A DNA stretch of 64,000 nt from Obrimoposthia wandeli (lineage: Eukaryota): contig CDROCS010000506.1 in NCBI GenBank assembly GCA_977020255.1, forward strand, positions 1,984,001-2,048,000. The letters are read 5' to 3'. Below, piece by piece: positions 30,351-40,420 of this stretch. Each line of letters starts with the position of its first letter. Position 1 is the first letter of the stretch. The notes under the pieces are model-generated. The model saw only the letters and a program-made list of their open reading frames with translations. It was not told where the DNA came from and did not search any database. The translations under genes and the position numbers were made by a program.

Positions 30351-32012
30351 ATGAGCACATTAGCACCAAATTTAAACACACCTCTCGATGCTTTATTGCA
30401 TTGGGAAAAGCATCGTGCCAATGAGGTGTATTTACGCCAACCAATTAATGGTACGTTTCATGATTTCACTTGGTCACAAGTAGCAGACCAAACAAAACGC
30501 ATTGCTCAAGCATTACAATCTCTTGGTTTAACGCCTGGTGATAAAATCGCGATCCTGGCAAAAAATAGTGCCGAATGGTTTATTAACGATTTAGCAATTA
30601 TGTACGCAGGTTTTATTAGCGTGCCAATTTACTCAACAGCAAATGCGAAAACCATTAATTACGTATTAGAGCACAGTGAAGCAAAAGTGCTATTTGTTGG
30701 TAAATTAGATAACTATCAAAGTCTAGAAGGCAAACTGCCTGCTGACGTGATCACAATCAGCTACCCATATGACACATTAACTTGCCAATATAAATGGAAT
30801 GACCTGCTAGAGCAGCATCAACCATTAGCAAAACCTGCACATATCAATTTAGAAGACCTGATGTCTATCATTTACACATCAGGCAGTACTGGTAATCCAA
30901 AAGGCGTGATGATCACGTTTGCGGCATTCAAATCAGCATCGCAAAACATTATCACTAGCTTAGGCTTTGTTGCTGGTGACAGACTACTGTCTTATTTACC
31001 ACTCGCACACATCACTGAGCGTGTTTATATTGAAGGTAGTAGTATTTATGCTGGTGAAGGCGTCGTGTCTTTTGTAGAGTCACTTGATACCTTTGTCAGT
31101 AATATTCAGTCTGTAGAGCCGACATTATTTGTTTCGGTACCACGTCTATGGACACGCTTCCAAATGGGCGTGTTACAAAAGATGCCTGCGCACAAACTTA
31201 ACTTCCTACTCAAAATCCCATTCGTTAATGGATTAGTGAGAGCGAAGATTAAACGTGGTTTAGGTTTACACCATGCACGTATGCTTGGTTGTGGTTCTGC
31301 CGCGGTATCACCTGCATTATTAAAATGGTATGAACGTCTTGGTTTAAACATTACCGAAGCATGGGGTATGACAGAAAACCTCGCTTACGGCACATTAAAC
31401 CACCCATTCAACCCGCAAAAAATCGGTACGATTGGTAAGCCAGGTAAAGGTGTTGATCTTAAGATTTCAGAGATCGGTGAAATCTTAGTAAAAGGTGATG
31501 GCCTAATGACTGGTTATTACAAAGATGAAGCACAAACCAAAGAATCATTCGATGAAGAAGGTTACTTCAAAACCGGTGATAAAGGCGAGATCGACAGTAA
31601 CGGTTATGTGAAAATTACTGGTCGTGTAAAAGATATCTTCAAAACATCAAAAGGTAAATACGTTACACCAGTACCAATTGAATGTAAGTTTGGTGAAAAC
31701 CCTAATATTGAGCAAATCTGTATTACCGGTACTGCACTAACTCAACCAGTTGCATTAGTCGTGCTATCACCTGAAGCGCGTGAGCAAGGTCAAGAAGTGA
31801 TGACTAACAACCTTGAAGAAACACGTCAGCACATTAATAAGTCGTTGGAATCGCATGCACGTATTGGTCATATCATCGTATTAAAAGATGAATGGACAGT
31901 CGATAACGGTTTACTAACACCGACATTGAAATTTAAGCGTCATGAATTAGAAAGCCGCTTTAAACCTTTCTACGAAGAAAATCATCAATCTAAGATTGTT
32001 TGGGAACAGTAA
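30351..32012 (+). CDS. Long-chain fatty acid-CoA ligase (AMP-binding family)
   Basis: IIYTSGSTGNPKGV, EAWGMTE, YFKTGDKG motifs; GGGA SD before MSTL. Confidence 0.9.
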   Translation: MSTLAPNLNTPLDALLHWEKHRANEVYLRQPINGTFHDFTWSQVADQTKRIAQALQSLGLTPGDKIAILAKNSAEWFINDLAIMYAGFISVPIYSTANAKTINYVLEHSEAKVLFVGKLDNYQSLEGKLPADVITISYPYDTLTCQYKWNDLLEQHQPLAKPAHINLEDLMSIIYTSGSTGNPKGVMITFAAFKSASQNIITSLGFVAGDRLLSYLPLAHITERVYIEGSSIYAGEGVVSFVESLDTFVSNIQSVEPTLFVSVPRLWTRFQMGVLQKMPAHKLNFLLKIPFVNGLVRAKIKRGLGLHHARMLGCGSAAVSPALLKWYERLGLNITEAWGMTENLAYGTLNHPFNPQKIGTIGKPGKGVDLKISEIGEILVKGDGLMTGYYKDEAQTKESFDEEGYFKTGDKGEIDSNGYVKITGRVKDIFKTSKGKYVTPVPIECKFGENPNIEQICITGTALTQPVALVVLSPEAREQGQEVMTNNLEETRQHINKSLESHARIGHIIVLKDEWTVDNGLLTPTLKFKRHELESRFKPFYEENHQSKIVWEQ

Positions 32013-32032
32013 CCTAACAGTATTATTTAGAT

Positions 32033-32063
32033 AAAAAAAAGGACGCAATCGCGTCCTTTTTTT
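32033..32063. terminator. Bidirectional terminator between the ligase and dsbA
   Basis: A8-GGACGC-AATC-GCGTCC-T7 between convergent genes. Confidence 0.88.
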
Positions 32064-32105
32064 ATAACTATGATTACCTAGATTAACTAGGTAAGTCTAA
32101 ATAAA

Positions 32106-32729
32106 TTAGTCCGTTTTAGCGGCTAAGTATTTAATCAAAGCAGCTAGTTTAACGTTAAACTCTTCACCACGGGCTTTAATGCTACCCATGTTAATTTGAT
32201 ATTTATTGTTAACGATTAATGCTGGTACACCACGGATATTGTTTGAAGCGGTATTTTTATCCATACGTGCAACTTTACCGTTAACAGCAAAACTATTTAC
32301 CGCAGCATCAAACTTCTTACCGTCAACACCTGCATCTGTAAAGACAGTTCGAATATCATCACGACCTGTGAAGCGACGTTTCTGATCATGGATTGCAGAG
32401 AAAATTGCTGATGACATTTTATGTTCAACATTCAACAGTTCAGCAGTCGCAAATGCTTTTTGCATTTCGATACCCATTTCACGACCAATAAAAGCAACGT
32501 GATTTTTTTCTACTTTAATATCACTGCCTTCAAGACGTTTTGTTACTTCCGTCATGATTGGTTCGAATTTATTACAGTGTGGGCAAAAATACGAAAAGTA
32601 TTCAGCTACTTGTGGCTTCGATGTTGCTTGCTCAGAAATAACATCATAGTGCACGCCTTCTTTAAACTGTGCCGCATTGGCAAACGGTAAAAATAGCATC
32701 GCAGTGATCAATATAAATAATTTCTTCAT
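32106..32729 (-). CDS. dsbA: Thiol:disulfide oxidoreductase
   Basis: Signal peptide, CPHC active site, GVP cis-Pro loop. Confidence 0.95.
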   Translation of the reverse strand: MKKLFILITAMLFLPFANAAQFKEGVHYDVISEQATSKPQVAEYFSYFCPHCNKFEPIMTEVTKRLEGSDIKVEKNHVAFIGREMGIEMQKAFATAELLNVEHKMSSAIFSAIHDQKRRFTGRDDIRTVFTDAGVDGKKFDAAVNSFAVNGKVARMDKNTASNNIRGVPALIVNNKYQINMGSIKARGEEFNVKLAALIKYLAAKTD

Positions 32730-32779
32730 CATTTTCCTTCCTGAAAATTTAAAATAAACATAATTAACTGTACAAAAAA

Positions 32780-33772
32780 TTAGTAATTAGGAATGAGAGA
32801 TAACGGCGGTTTTTGCATATTATCAATCTGTTCTTGTAAAAAACCGACCTGTTGCTGCCAGAACTGCTCATCAGTAAACCACGAAAAGTGACGACTGAAG
32901 GCAGGATCATGCCAACGTTTAGCAATCCACCCCATGTAGTTCATCATCCGCATTGCACGTAATGGTTCGATTAATTTTAGTTGCTTAGCATCAAAGGTAC
33001 AAAATTCCTCATAACCTTCAAGCAGCACTTCCAACTGTAATCGTTGTTCATGACTTTCACCGTGTAACATCATCCATAGATCTTGCACTGCAGGTCCTTG
33101 ACGGCAATCGTCAAAGTCTAACAAAGAGACCTTATCGTCACGCCACAAAATATTACCAGCATGCAAATCACCGTGTAAGCGAATTAACTGCTTATCATCG
33201 GGTTTATATTGCAACGAAATTTCTTTAGCAAGCGCATCGTAAACATTAAAGAAAGCCGTTTCTAAATGCGCTGGTACAAAGTTATTTTGTTGTAATATCA
33301 ACTTCGGAGCTTGTACAAACTCTGCAATCGACAATGTTGGTCGATGTGCAAATGGTTGCTGACTCGCTAACTGATGTACACGACCTAGATTACGCCCTAC
33401 CGCTTCCAAAGCATCGAGATTATCCACTTCAATTGGACGACCACCCACACTCGGAAAAATAGCTAAACGGTAACCTTGATAGATAAATAGGCTGCGACCA
33501 TCAAACTGTAACGGTGCAACCACATCAATTTCAGCCGCTTTTAACTGTAAAGAAAAATCATGTTCTTCTTGGATCTGTTCATCGCTCCAACGTACTGGAC
33601 GATAGAACTTAACCACAAAGCGTTGACGATCTTCATCCAGAAATTGAAACACGCGATTTTCATAGCTGTTTAATTCCAACAAACCTGAATCCACACGAAT
33701 ACCGATAGACTCTATCGCATCCAACATAAAATCAGGGGAAAGCAAACTGTAATCAACAGGTAGTTCTGTCAT
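32780..33772 (-). CDS. srkA: Stress response kinase (RdoA/YihE)
   Basis: LNSYENRV, KFYRP.RW, RLHGDLH.GN, DFDD, AVQDLWM. Confidence 0.95.
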   Translation of the reverse strand: MTELPVDYSLLSPDFMLDAIESIGIRVDSGLLELNSYENRVFQFLDEDRQRFVVKFYRPVRWSDEQIQEEHDFSLQLKAAEIDVVAPLQFDGRSLFIYQGYRLAIFPSVGGRPIEVDNLDALEAVGRNLGRVHQLASQQPFAHRPTLSIAEFVQAPKLILQQNNFVPAHLETAFFNVYDALAKEISLQYKPDDKQLIRLHGDLHAGNILWRDDKVSLLDFDDCRQGPAVQDLWMMLHGESHEQRLQLEVLLEGYEEFCTFDAKQLKLIEPLRAMRMMNYMGWIAKRWHDPAFSRHFSWFTDEQFWQQQVGFLQEQIDNMQKPPLSLIPNY

Positions 33773-33860
33773 TGTTATTTCCTAAAAAAGACTCTTTATA
33801 CAAATCTCAATATCCAAATAACCGCCATAGACCTACAACAATTTTTAGATTGGATACGAT

Positions 33861-33893
33861 AATAGCAAGCCCAGTATCACTGGGCTTGCTATT
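33861..33893. terminator. 15-bp perfect hairpin between ccoG and srkA
   Basis: AATAGCAAGCCCAGT-ATC-ACTGGGCTTGCTATT. Confidence 0.6.
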
Positions 33894-33942
33894 TACTTTA
33901 ACTTACATTGATTATAAAGCTATTTATAGTTACATATAGATA

Positions 33943-35349
33943 CTATAACTTGCTGATAAAACGACTTTGCTGGGTAAAGACATAATGATCATTGCCTTGC
34001 TCAGTAATAACAAAGTTAATTTTAATCACTGGTTGTTTCAGGTCAAACGGGTCAATCGCTAAGCTGACCGGCTGCACTAACAATTCACCCGGTAACACTT
34101 CAACTTCACGAGGACCAAACCATTCATGATCAGGTACATCAGTAACCGACAAACTGTACTTCTGGGTAAATGATGTTTTGTTAATAATTTTCAATGTATA
34201 AGTATTTTCAATATTACCGTCAGAGTTTTCACGATAGAGTGCGTTTCGATCGCGGATAATATCCATCTGTACAGGTGAAATACTGACTACACTCACGGTA
34301 AACATCACCGTCATCAACGTCATAATCACGCCATAAGCTATAAACTTGAAACGGCTCTTTTCATGCGGTTTATTGTTTAGTTCATTTTCAGAAGTATAAC
34401 GTATCAAGCCTTTTGGATAATTCATGCGTTCCATCGTTTGATCGCACGCATCAATACAAGCACCACAGTTAATACATTCATATTGCAGGCCATCACGAAT
34501 ATCAATACCAGCTGGGCATACCTGAACACATAAATTACAGTCAATACAATCGCCTAAACCTTTGGCTTTATGATCTGTTTTACGTGAACGTGGGCCACGA
34601 GATTCACCACGATTAAAATCATAGCCAACAATCAAGGTATCAGTATCAAACATTGCCGATTGAAAACGCGCATATGGGCACATGTGAGTACACATAATGC
34701 TACGCATCCAGCCTGCATTACCGTAAGTACAAAATGCAAAAAAGAGTACCCAAAAATACACAGTACCACTCGCTTGAAGCGTGAAGAAGTCAGTATAAAG
34801 CTCAAAAATAGGCACGAAATAAGCCATAAACGCCAGACCAGTAATAACAGAAACACTTAACCACGCAGTGTGTTTAAGGGCTTTCTTTTTTACTTTATCA
34901 GCAGTAGCAGGACCTTGGTTTAGCTTCAACCGTTTATTGGCTGAACCTTCAATTTTTTCTTCGAACCAAATAAAGATAAAGGTCCAAATAGTTTGTGGGC
35001 ACATAAAGCCACACCAAACTCGGCCTAAATAAGCGGTGATAAAAAATAACGCGAAGGCACCGACGATCAGCAGTAAGGCTAATATCATCAGATCTTGAGG
35101 GAAGATAGTTAATGCAAAGATATGAATACGTTGTTCAGCGATATTTAATAAGATCGCCTGATGGCCATCCCACTGGAACAAAGGTAATGCTAAAAACAGC
35201 ACCATAAAAAACCAACCCATGTACTTTCGCAGTCGCTGAAATACACCCGTCATGTTACGGACATAGATATGATTATCAGCGCCAACATTGGTATATTTAG
35301 GCTTCACTTTAGGGGTTACATCTTTTATATTTATGCGTTCTTCAGACAT
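33943..35349 (-). CDS. ccoG: CcoG/FixG-family membrane 4Fe-4S protein
   Basis: GRVWCGFMCPQT, MCPY.RFQSAM, CIDCNLCVQVCP and ECINCGACIDAC ferredoxin motifs. Confidence 0.93.
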   Translation of the reverse strand: MSEERINIKDVTPKVKPKYTNVGADNHIYVRNMTGVFQRLRKYMGWFFMVLFLALPLFQWDGHQAILLNIAEQRIHIFALTIFPQDLMILALLLIVGAFALFFITAYLGRVWCGFMCPQTIWTFIFIWFEEKIEGSANKRLKLNQGPATADKVKKKALKHTAWLSVSVITGLAFMAYFVPIFELYTDFFTLQASGTVYFWVLFFAFCTYGNAGWMRSIMCTHMCPYARFQSAMFDTDTLIVGYDFNRGESRGPRSRKTDHKAKGLGDCIDCNLCVQVCPAGIDIRDGLQYECINCGACIDACDQTMERMNYPKGLIRYTSENELNNKPHEKSRFKFIAYGVIMTLMTVMFTVSVVSISPVQMDIIRDRNALYRENSDGNIENTYTLKIINKTSFTQKYSLSVTDVPDHEWFGPREVEVLPGELLVQPVSLAIDPFDLKQPVIKINFVITEQGNDHYVFTQQSRFISKL

Positions 35350-35649
35350 TACATGCTCCTTATTTTTATAACTTAAATTATATCAAAAAAGCTTAATAAG
35401 TCTTTATAATCATCTGACTTAGCTCACGCTTATTAATTTAATCAAGCACTTATTATAATAGTAAAACTTGCTAGCCGATTTAAAAGCAAGTTAACAAACG
35501 CTAATTCCGCTATCTCTTAATGGATGGTATTAGTTAATGAATTAACGGGGGCTATTGAAACACAAATCGACCGTATAGGCATAGTACAGATCAGTACTAA
35601 ACAACCCTATAACAGATACTTTAGTTATAAATAAAGACTAGAACAGTTG

Positions 35650-37083
35650 TTATTTATGTGGCGATGCAGAAATACACAGCGCTAACGTAATCAATGCTTT
35701 GCGTATTTTATCCGTGAGTAAATACGAACAATTAATTCGCATGCAGTTTTTATATTTATCATCACTGGCAAATAAGGTACCCGGCGCGATACTGATATTG
35801 TATTGATCGAGTAAAGTATGCAGTAACTCACCTGTGTTTATATGCTCTGGCAGCACCAACCATAAGAAGTAACCGCCACTCGGTCTGGTGATCTTAGTTT
35901 CAGCGGGGAAGTATTCCTCAATGGCATGTTGCATCTGTTGCTGCCGAGACTTTAGCTGGCGCCTTAACTGCCGTAAATGAATATCATAACGGCCATGTAA
36001 TACAAATTCAGCAATCGCCAGTTGGTTAGGCACTGCAGCAGAAAGCGTCGTCATCAATTGCAATTGTTCTATTTGTTTGGCATATCGACCAGCAACGACC
36101 CAGCCAACTCTAAAACCAGGGGCTAAACATTTTGAAAATGAGGAACAATGGAGGACCAAACCTTGTTCGTCATATGCCTTGATCGGTTGTGGCTTTTGTT
36201 CTGAAAAATACAATTCACTGTAAACATCATCTTCCAGTAATGGAATTTGCGCTTTAGTTAATACATCAAGCAGGGCTAATTTATGTGGTTCTGGCATAGA
36301 TGAACCCAGCGGATTTTGGTATTTGCTCATTAACCAACAAGCTTTAATATCATGATGCTGCACAGCATGTTGCAATGCATCGACCGACATACCGAATTGT
36401 GGATCGGTGGTGATTTCAATGGCTTTCAGCTGCAAGCGCTCGACAGTTTGTAACACGCCATAAAAAGCCGGTGATTCAATTGCTACTGTATCACCCGGTT
36501 GTGTCACGGCCATTAGACTTAAACCTAATGATTCCATCGCCCCAGAAGTGATAACGATATCCTCAATAGACACATCGATACCATCACGAATATAGCGTTG
36601 TGCAATCGCTCGCCTTAAAGCCACACTGCCCGGTGGTAATTCTGTGACAGCACTAATCGCTGGCATGGTTTTAATCGTTTTAGCTAACGCGTGGCCTAAT
36701 TCTTTGAGTGGAAATAGTTCTGGGTCAGGAAAAGCAGAGCCAAGCGGGACAATATCGGGACGTTTACAAGCAGTCAGTACTTCAAAAACATGCTCATTGA
36801 TCTTAATCGCACGATTAGTAAGTTGCGGGATAGTTTGCTGAGGGATAGCCAGACGATTGAGATGAGCGGCAACAAAATAACCAGACCGAGGTTTAGCATA
36901 AATCCAACCTTCAGCCTCTAACAACTCATACGCTTTTAATACTGTCATCGGGCTGATGCTTTGTATTTTACTCATCTTACGAATAGAAGGAATACGCTCA
37001 CCAGGTAGCCATATCCGCTGTTCGATCTGTAATTGAATTTCAGCCGCTACGCCATGGTAGCGACTTTTTTGTAACAACATCAA
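35650..37083 (-). CDS. MocR/GntR-family regulator (wHTH plus PLP aminotransferase-like domain)
   Basis: PSIRKMS..TV.KAYELLEAEG HTH; EDDVY, SFSKCLAPGFRVGW. Confidence 0.92.
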   Translation of the reverse strand: MMLLQKSRYHGVAAEIQLQIEQRIWLPGERIPSIRKMSKIQSISPMTVLKAYELLEAEGWIYAKPRSGYFVAAHLNRLAIPQQTIPQLTNRAIKINEHVFEVLTACKRPDIVPLGSAFPDPELFPLKELGHALAKTIKTMPAISAVTELPPGSVALRRAIAQRYIRDGIDVSIEDIVITSGAMESLGLSLMAVTQPGDTVAIESPAFYGVLQTVERLQLKAIEITTDPQFGMSVDALQHAVQHHDIKACWLMSKYQNPLGSSMPEPHKLALLDVLTKAQIPLLEDDVYSELYFSEQKPQPIKAYDEQGLVLHCSSFSKCLAPGFRVGWVVAGRYAKQIEQLQLMTTLSAAVPNQLAIAEFVLHGRYDIHLRQLRRQLKSRQQQMQHAIEEYFPAETKITRPSGGYFLWLVLPEHINTGELLHTLLDQYNISIAPGTLFASDDKYKNCMRINCSYLLTDKIRKALITLALCISASPHK

Positions 37084-37231
37084 TATCTACCTGAGCTGAT
37101 CAAATAAGAAGTATCGGAATAAAAATAACCCGAACAAAAGAACGTACAATAAATTAGTACGAGCGATTATATACGATATTTTCAGGACGATTCTATTTTC
37201 TCACCATAGTGATGATATCCAGGTATAACTA

Positions 37232-37266
37232 AACCTTTAACCTTTAACCTTTAACCTTTAACCTTT
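37232..37266. repeat. Perfect heptanucleotide repeat (AACCTTT)5 overlapping the stop codon of the DedA-oxidoreductase gene
   Basis: Read directly; the minus strand reads AAA GGT TAA into the repeat. Confidence 0.95.
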
Positions 37267-39411
37267 ACGCATATAACGATGAAACTTAGCTACCCAAGCT
37301 AATAACTTCTCAGGGCTATTATTACGCTTCCAATTACCCGCTACATATTTATTGGCTTCGCTCATGGTTGGATATGGATGAATGGTGCCTAATACTTTAT
37401 TTAAGCCCAATTTATATTTCATTGCTAACGTATATTCCGCCAATAATTCACCAGCATGACTCGCGACAATCGTCACACCTAATATTTTATCGCTATTGCC
37501 AGCAGTGATCACTTTAACAAAGCCTTTGGTCTCACTATCAGTGATAGCCCTATCTAAATCATCAATGTCATATTTAGTCACCTGATAATCGAGCTGTGCT
37601 TGCTGCGCTTCATTTTCACTTAGTCCAACGCGTGCAAGCTCAGGATAAGTATAAGTCACCGCAGGGATCACTCGATAATCGGTGGCAAATTTTTTCACCG
37701 AGCCAAATAAAGCATTTACCGCCGCAAACCAAGCTTGATGCGCAGCGACATGGGTAAGTTGATAAGGTCCAGAAACATCACCAACGGCATATATATTAGG
37801 AATGGAGGTTTGTTGGTATTCATTAATCTCAATAAGACCACGATCCGTGATAGCAATATCAAGCTCTTCTAAACCAAAACCACGAGTATTAGCCTGACGT
37901 CCCAACGCTAAGAATACCTGGTCAAAAACAACAGAATCACCATTCGATAATACCGCGCTATATTGACCATCTTCGCTAACAAAGCTAACCACTTTATTAC
38001 CGAGTAAAATATTAACACCATCTGCCAACAATTCTGCTTGTACTACGGCAACAGCGTCTTCATCTTCGCGCCCTAACAGTTGATCCGCCATCTCAACTTG
38101 CGTAACAGCGGAACCTAAACGGGCAAAGCTTTGCGCTATTTCACAACCAATCGGTCCACCGCCTAACACTAATAGACGTGACGGTTGTTCTGTTAACTGC
38201 CACAGCGTATCCGATGTTAAATAAGGTACATCAGTTAATCCGGGAATCGGCGGAACAATAGGACGCGCCCCCGTAGCCACGACAATATTTTTAGTCGTTA
38301 ATACCTGTTCGCCAATTTGCACGCGCCAAGGATCAATAATTTTAGCTTCTGCAGTTAAGCACTCAACACCCATTGCTGAATAACGCGCAATCGAATCATG
38401 CGGTTCAATCGCTTTAATGACATTTTGAATACGCCCCATTACTTTTTCAAAATTAATCTGCTTAATTTCAGCATCAATACCAAATTCATTAGCACGACCG
38501 ATTTCAGCAACTGCATGTGCGCTACGGATCAATGCTTTAGATGGTACGCAACCGGTATTTAAGCAATCACCACCCATACGGTGTTTTTCAACCAGGGTTA
38601 CTTTTGATTTAACTGCTGCAGCGATATAAGCACTTACCAAACCGCCAGCACCAGCACCGATCACGATCATATTACGATCGAATGATGTTGGTTTAGTCCA
38701 ACGAGCATAACGTTTACGCTGACTAAATAGTGCTAGACCTCGTTTAGCTACCCAAGGGAAAATACCTAACAATGCCAATGCACCGAGCAATGAAGGAGAA
38801 GCGATACCCGATAAGCTATTAATTTCACTTAACTGAGTCCCCGCCCACACATAAACAGCGGTGCCAGCCAACATACCGATCTGACTGACAAGGTAAAAGC
38901 TACGAGTACTGATTTTAGTCAGGCCCATTAAAATATTAATTAAAAAGAACGGGAAAACAGGAATTAAACGCAGTGAAAATAAATAAAAGTCACCTTCTTT
39001 TTCTACGCCTTTATTGATCGCATCAAGCCGTGAACCAAATTTATTTTGTACATAATCTCTTAATAGATAACGACTGACCAGAAAAGCTAACGTAGCACCA
39101 ATAGAACTGGCAAAAGAAATCAACAATAAGCCATAACCAAAGCCAAACAAACCACCACCAAGTAAGGTAAGTAATACAGCGCCCGGTAATGAGAAGCCAG
39201 TGATCGCGACATAACTAACAAAGAAGATGAGCATCGCCAACGAACGGTTCTCTGCAATATAGTCACCAGATGTTTGTTGTAATGTTTTAATTTGTTCTAG
39301 CGAAGCGTACTGGTTTAGGTCAAACCCATACCACAATAAAAAGACGGTAATAATCACCGCAATAATAATTTTTTTACTCTTCGATTTTTGTTCTTTATCA
39401 TTAATAGCCAT
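37258..39411 (-). CDS. Fusion of a TVP38/DedA (SNARE-associated) membrane domain and a class I pyridine nucleotide-disulfide oxidoreductase
   Basis: N-terminal LPGAVLLTLLGG / LRLIPVFPF DedA motifs; GAGAGG, GGDCLNTGCVPSK, GGGPIGCE, AVGD, IHPYPTMSE. Confidence 0.9.
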   Translation of the reverse strand: MAINDKEQKSKSKKIIIAVIITVFLLWYGFDLNQYASLEQIKTLQQTSGDYIAENRSLAMLIFFVSYVAITGFSLPGAVLLTLLGGGLFGFGYGLLLISFASSIGATLAFLVSRYLLRDYVQNKFGSRLDAINKGVEKEGDFYLFSLRLIPVFPFFLINILMGLTKISTRSFYLVSQIGMLAGTAVYVWAGTQLSEINSLSGIASPSLLGALALLGIFPWVAKRGLALFSQRKRYARWTKPTSFDRNMIVIGAGAGGLVSAYIAAAVKSKVTLVEKHRMGGDCLNTGCVPSKALIRSAHAVAEIGRANEFGIDAEIKQINFEKVMGRIQNVIKAIEPHDSIARYSAMGVECLTAEAKIIDPWRVQIGEQVLTTKNIVVATGARPIVPPIPGLTDVPYLTSDTLWQLTEQPSRLLVLGGGPIGCEIAQSFARLGSAVTQVEMADQLLGREDEDAVAVVQAELLADGVNILLGNKVVSFVSEDGQYSAVLSNGDSVVFDQVFLALGRQANTRGFGLEELDIAITDRGLIEINEYQQTSIPNIYAVGDVSGPYQLTHVAAHQAWFAAVNALFGSVKKFATDYRVIPAVTYTYPELARVGLSENEAQQAQLDYQVTKYDIDDLDRAITDSETKGFVKVITAGNSDKILGVTIVASHAGELLAEYTLAMKYKLGLNKVLGTIHPYPTMSEANKYVAGNWKRNNSPEKLLAWVAKFHRYMRKG

Positions 39412-39679
39412 CTGGCACCTATCCTTGCACTCATCAATAACGCGTCTAATTGTAAGCCTAACCTTCAATCATCACGAAAGTCTCACGACAATCTATTATT
39501 TCTATCTTAATGTTAAGTTTCACACAGTTAAATCACACTAATAGATATTCGAGCGTTAATCTACTTGATATGCTGCATTTTGCGGGCAAGTGCTTGTTAA
39601 TATTACATTGAGGACAGTTTCTGGAGTCGAGCGTGGGGATATTGAAATACACGATTTCAATCATGCTGCTAAATAGAAA

Positions 39680-39708
39680 CAGCGATATAGAATGAAGCTA
39701 TATCGCTG
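39680..39708. terminator. Hairpin downstream of the Yip1 gene
   Basis: CAGCGATATAG / CTATATCGCTG 11-bp stem. Confidence 0.55.
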
Positions 39709-39737
39709 CTGAAAAATACTTACTATTGTGGGTCTGA

Positions 39738-40337
39738 TTAAATTACAAATTGTGGACCTAATCCAAAACTCCACATCACGACAGTAAAGCCCATCGATGC
39801 CACAAATAACACCAAGCCAACGGTCAGTAACGACGAGGCATAAATGAATCCCCGTTCTTCAGTAATGTGCATAATCACTGGCACACCCGTGTAAAGAGCA
39901 CGCACCGAAAATGCCACACCAACTAATAACGCGATCATGATCACCCAAGCAACAGGGATCAGCGCGGCAATACCCGTAATGAAGATAGGTGCTGCGGTAT
40001 ATGTGGTTAATTCTAACGCTTGAGTAAAGCTCGATGATGAACCAAAATTACCCGCCATCCATTGCACAAAAATAGCAAATGTAGTGACCAACGTAATGCT
40101 GACAATGATCATAGCAACAGCCATGATCGTCGCACTTGAAGAAGATAAATAAGTTGTTTCCCCAACACCAAGCTTCCAACCTGTCACTGTTGCGGTATAC
40201 CAGGCGGAAGTAGCCGGTATTAAAGCAAAAAATAACAGGCTTACAACGACGGATAATAAAGACTCATGGTGGGTATCAATATCAATCCATTCGTCCTTGG
40301 GCTGTACGTATAAACCCCATAAGTGTTTTACTAACAT
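39738..40337 (-). CDS. Yip1/YohC (DUF1282)-family inner membrane protein
   Basis: HLWGLYVQPKDEW start, five TM segments, LYTGVP..M..ERGF motif. Confidence 0.8.
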   Translation of the reverse strand: MLVKHLWGLYVQPKDEWIDIDTHHESLLSVVVSLLFFALIPATSAWYTATVTGWKLGVGETTYLSSSSATIMAVAMIIVSITLVTTFAIFVQWMAGNFGSSSSFTQALELTTYTAAPIFITGIAALIPVAWVIMIALLVGVAFSVRALYTGVPVIMHITEERGFIYASSLLTVGLVLFVASMGFTVVMWSFGLGPQFVI

Positions 40338-40420
40338 AAGTCGATCCCTTAATGTAAGATAGAGACTTAAGTATTAGCGAATATATTGAGATTGCCAGTT
40401 ACGCAACTAACAATTAGTAA

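Noticed and set aside
33943-35349. ccoG without ccoNOQP
   Set aside because: An orphan ccoG upstream of srkA-dsbA is a familiar arrangement in Vibrio-like genomes.
39633-39695. 20-codon GTG-start ORF (MGILKYTISIMLLNRNSDIE) with GGAG upstream
   Set aside because: Runs into a terminator-like hairpin, has no recognisable features, and is a length expected by chance.
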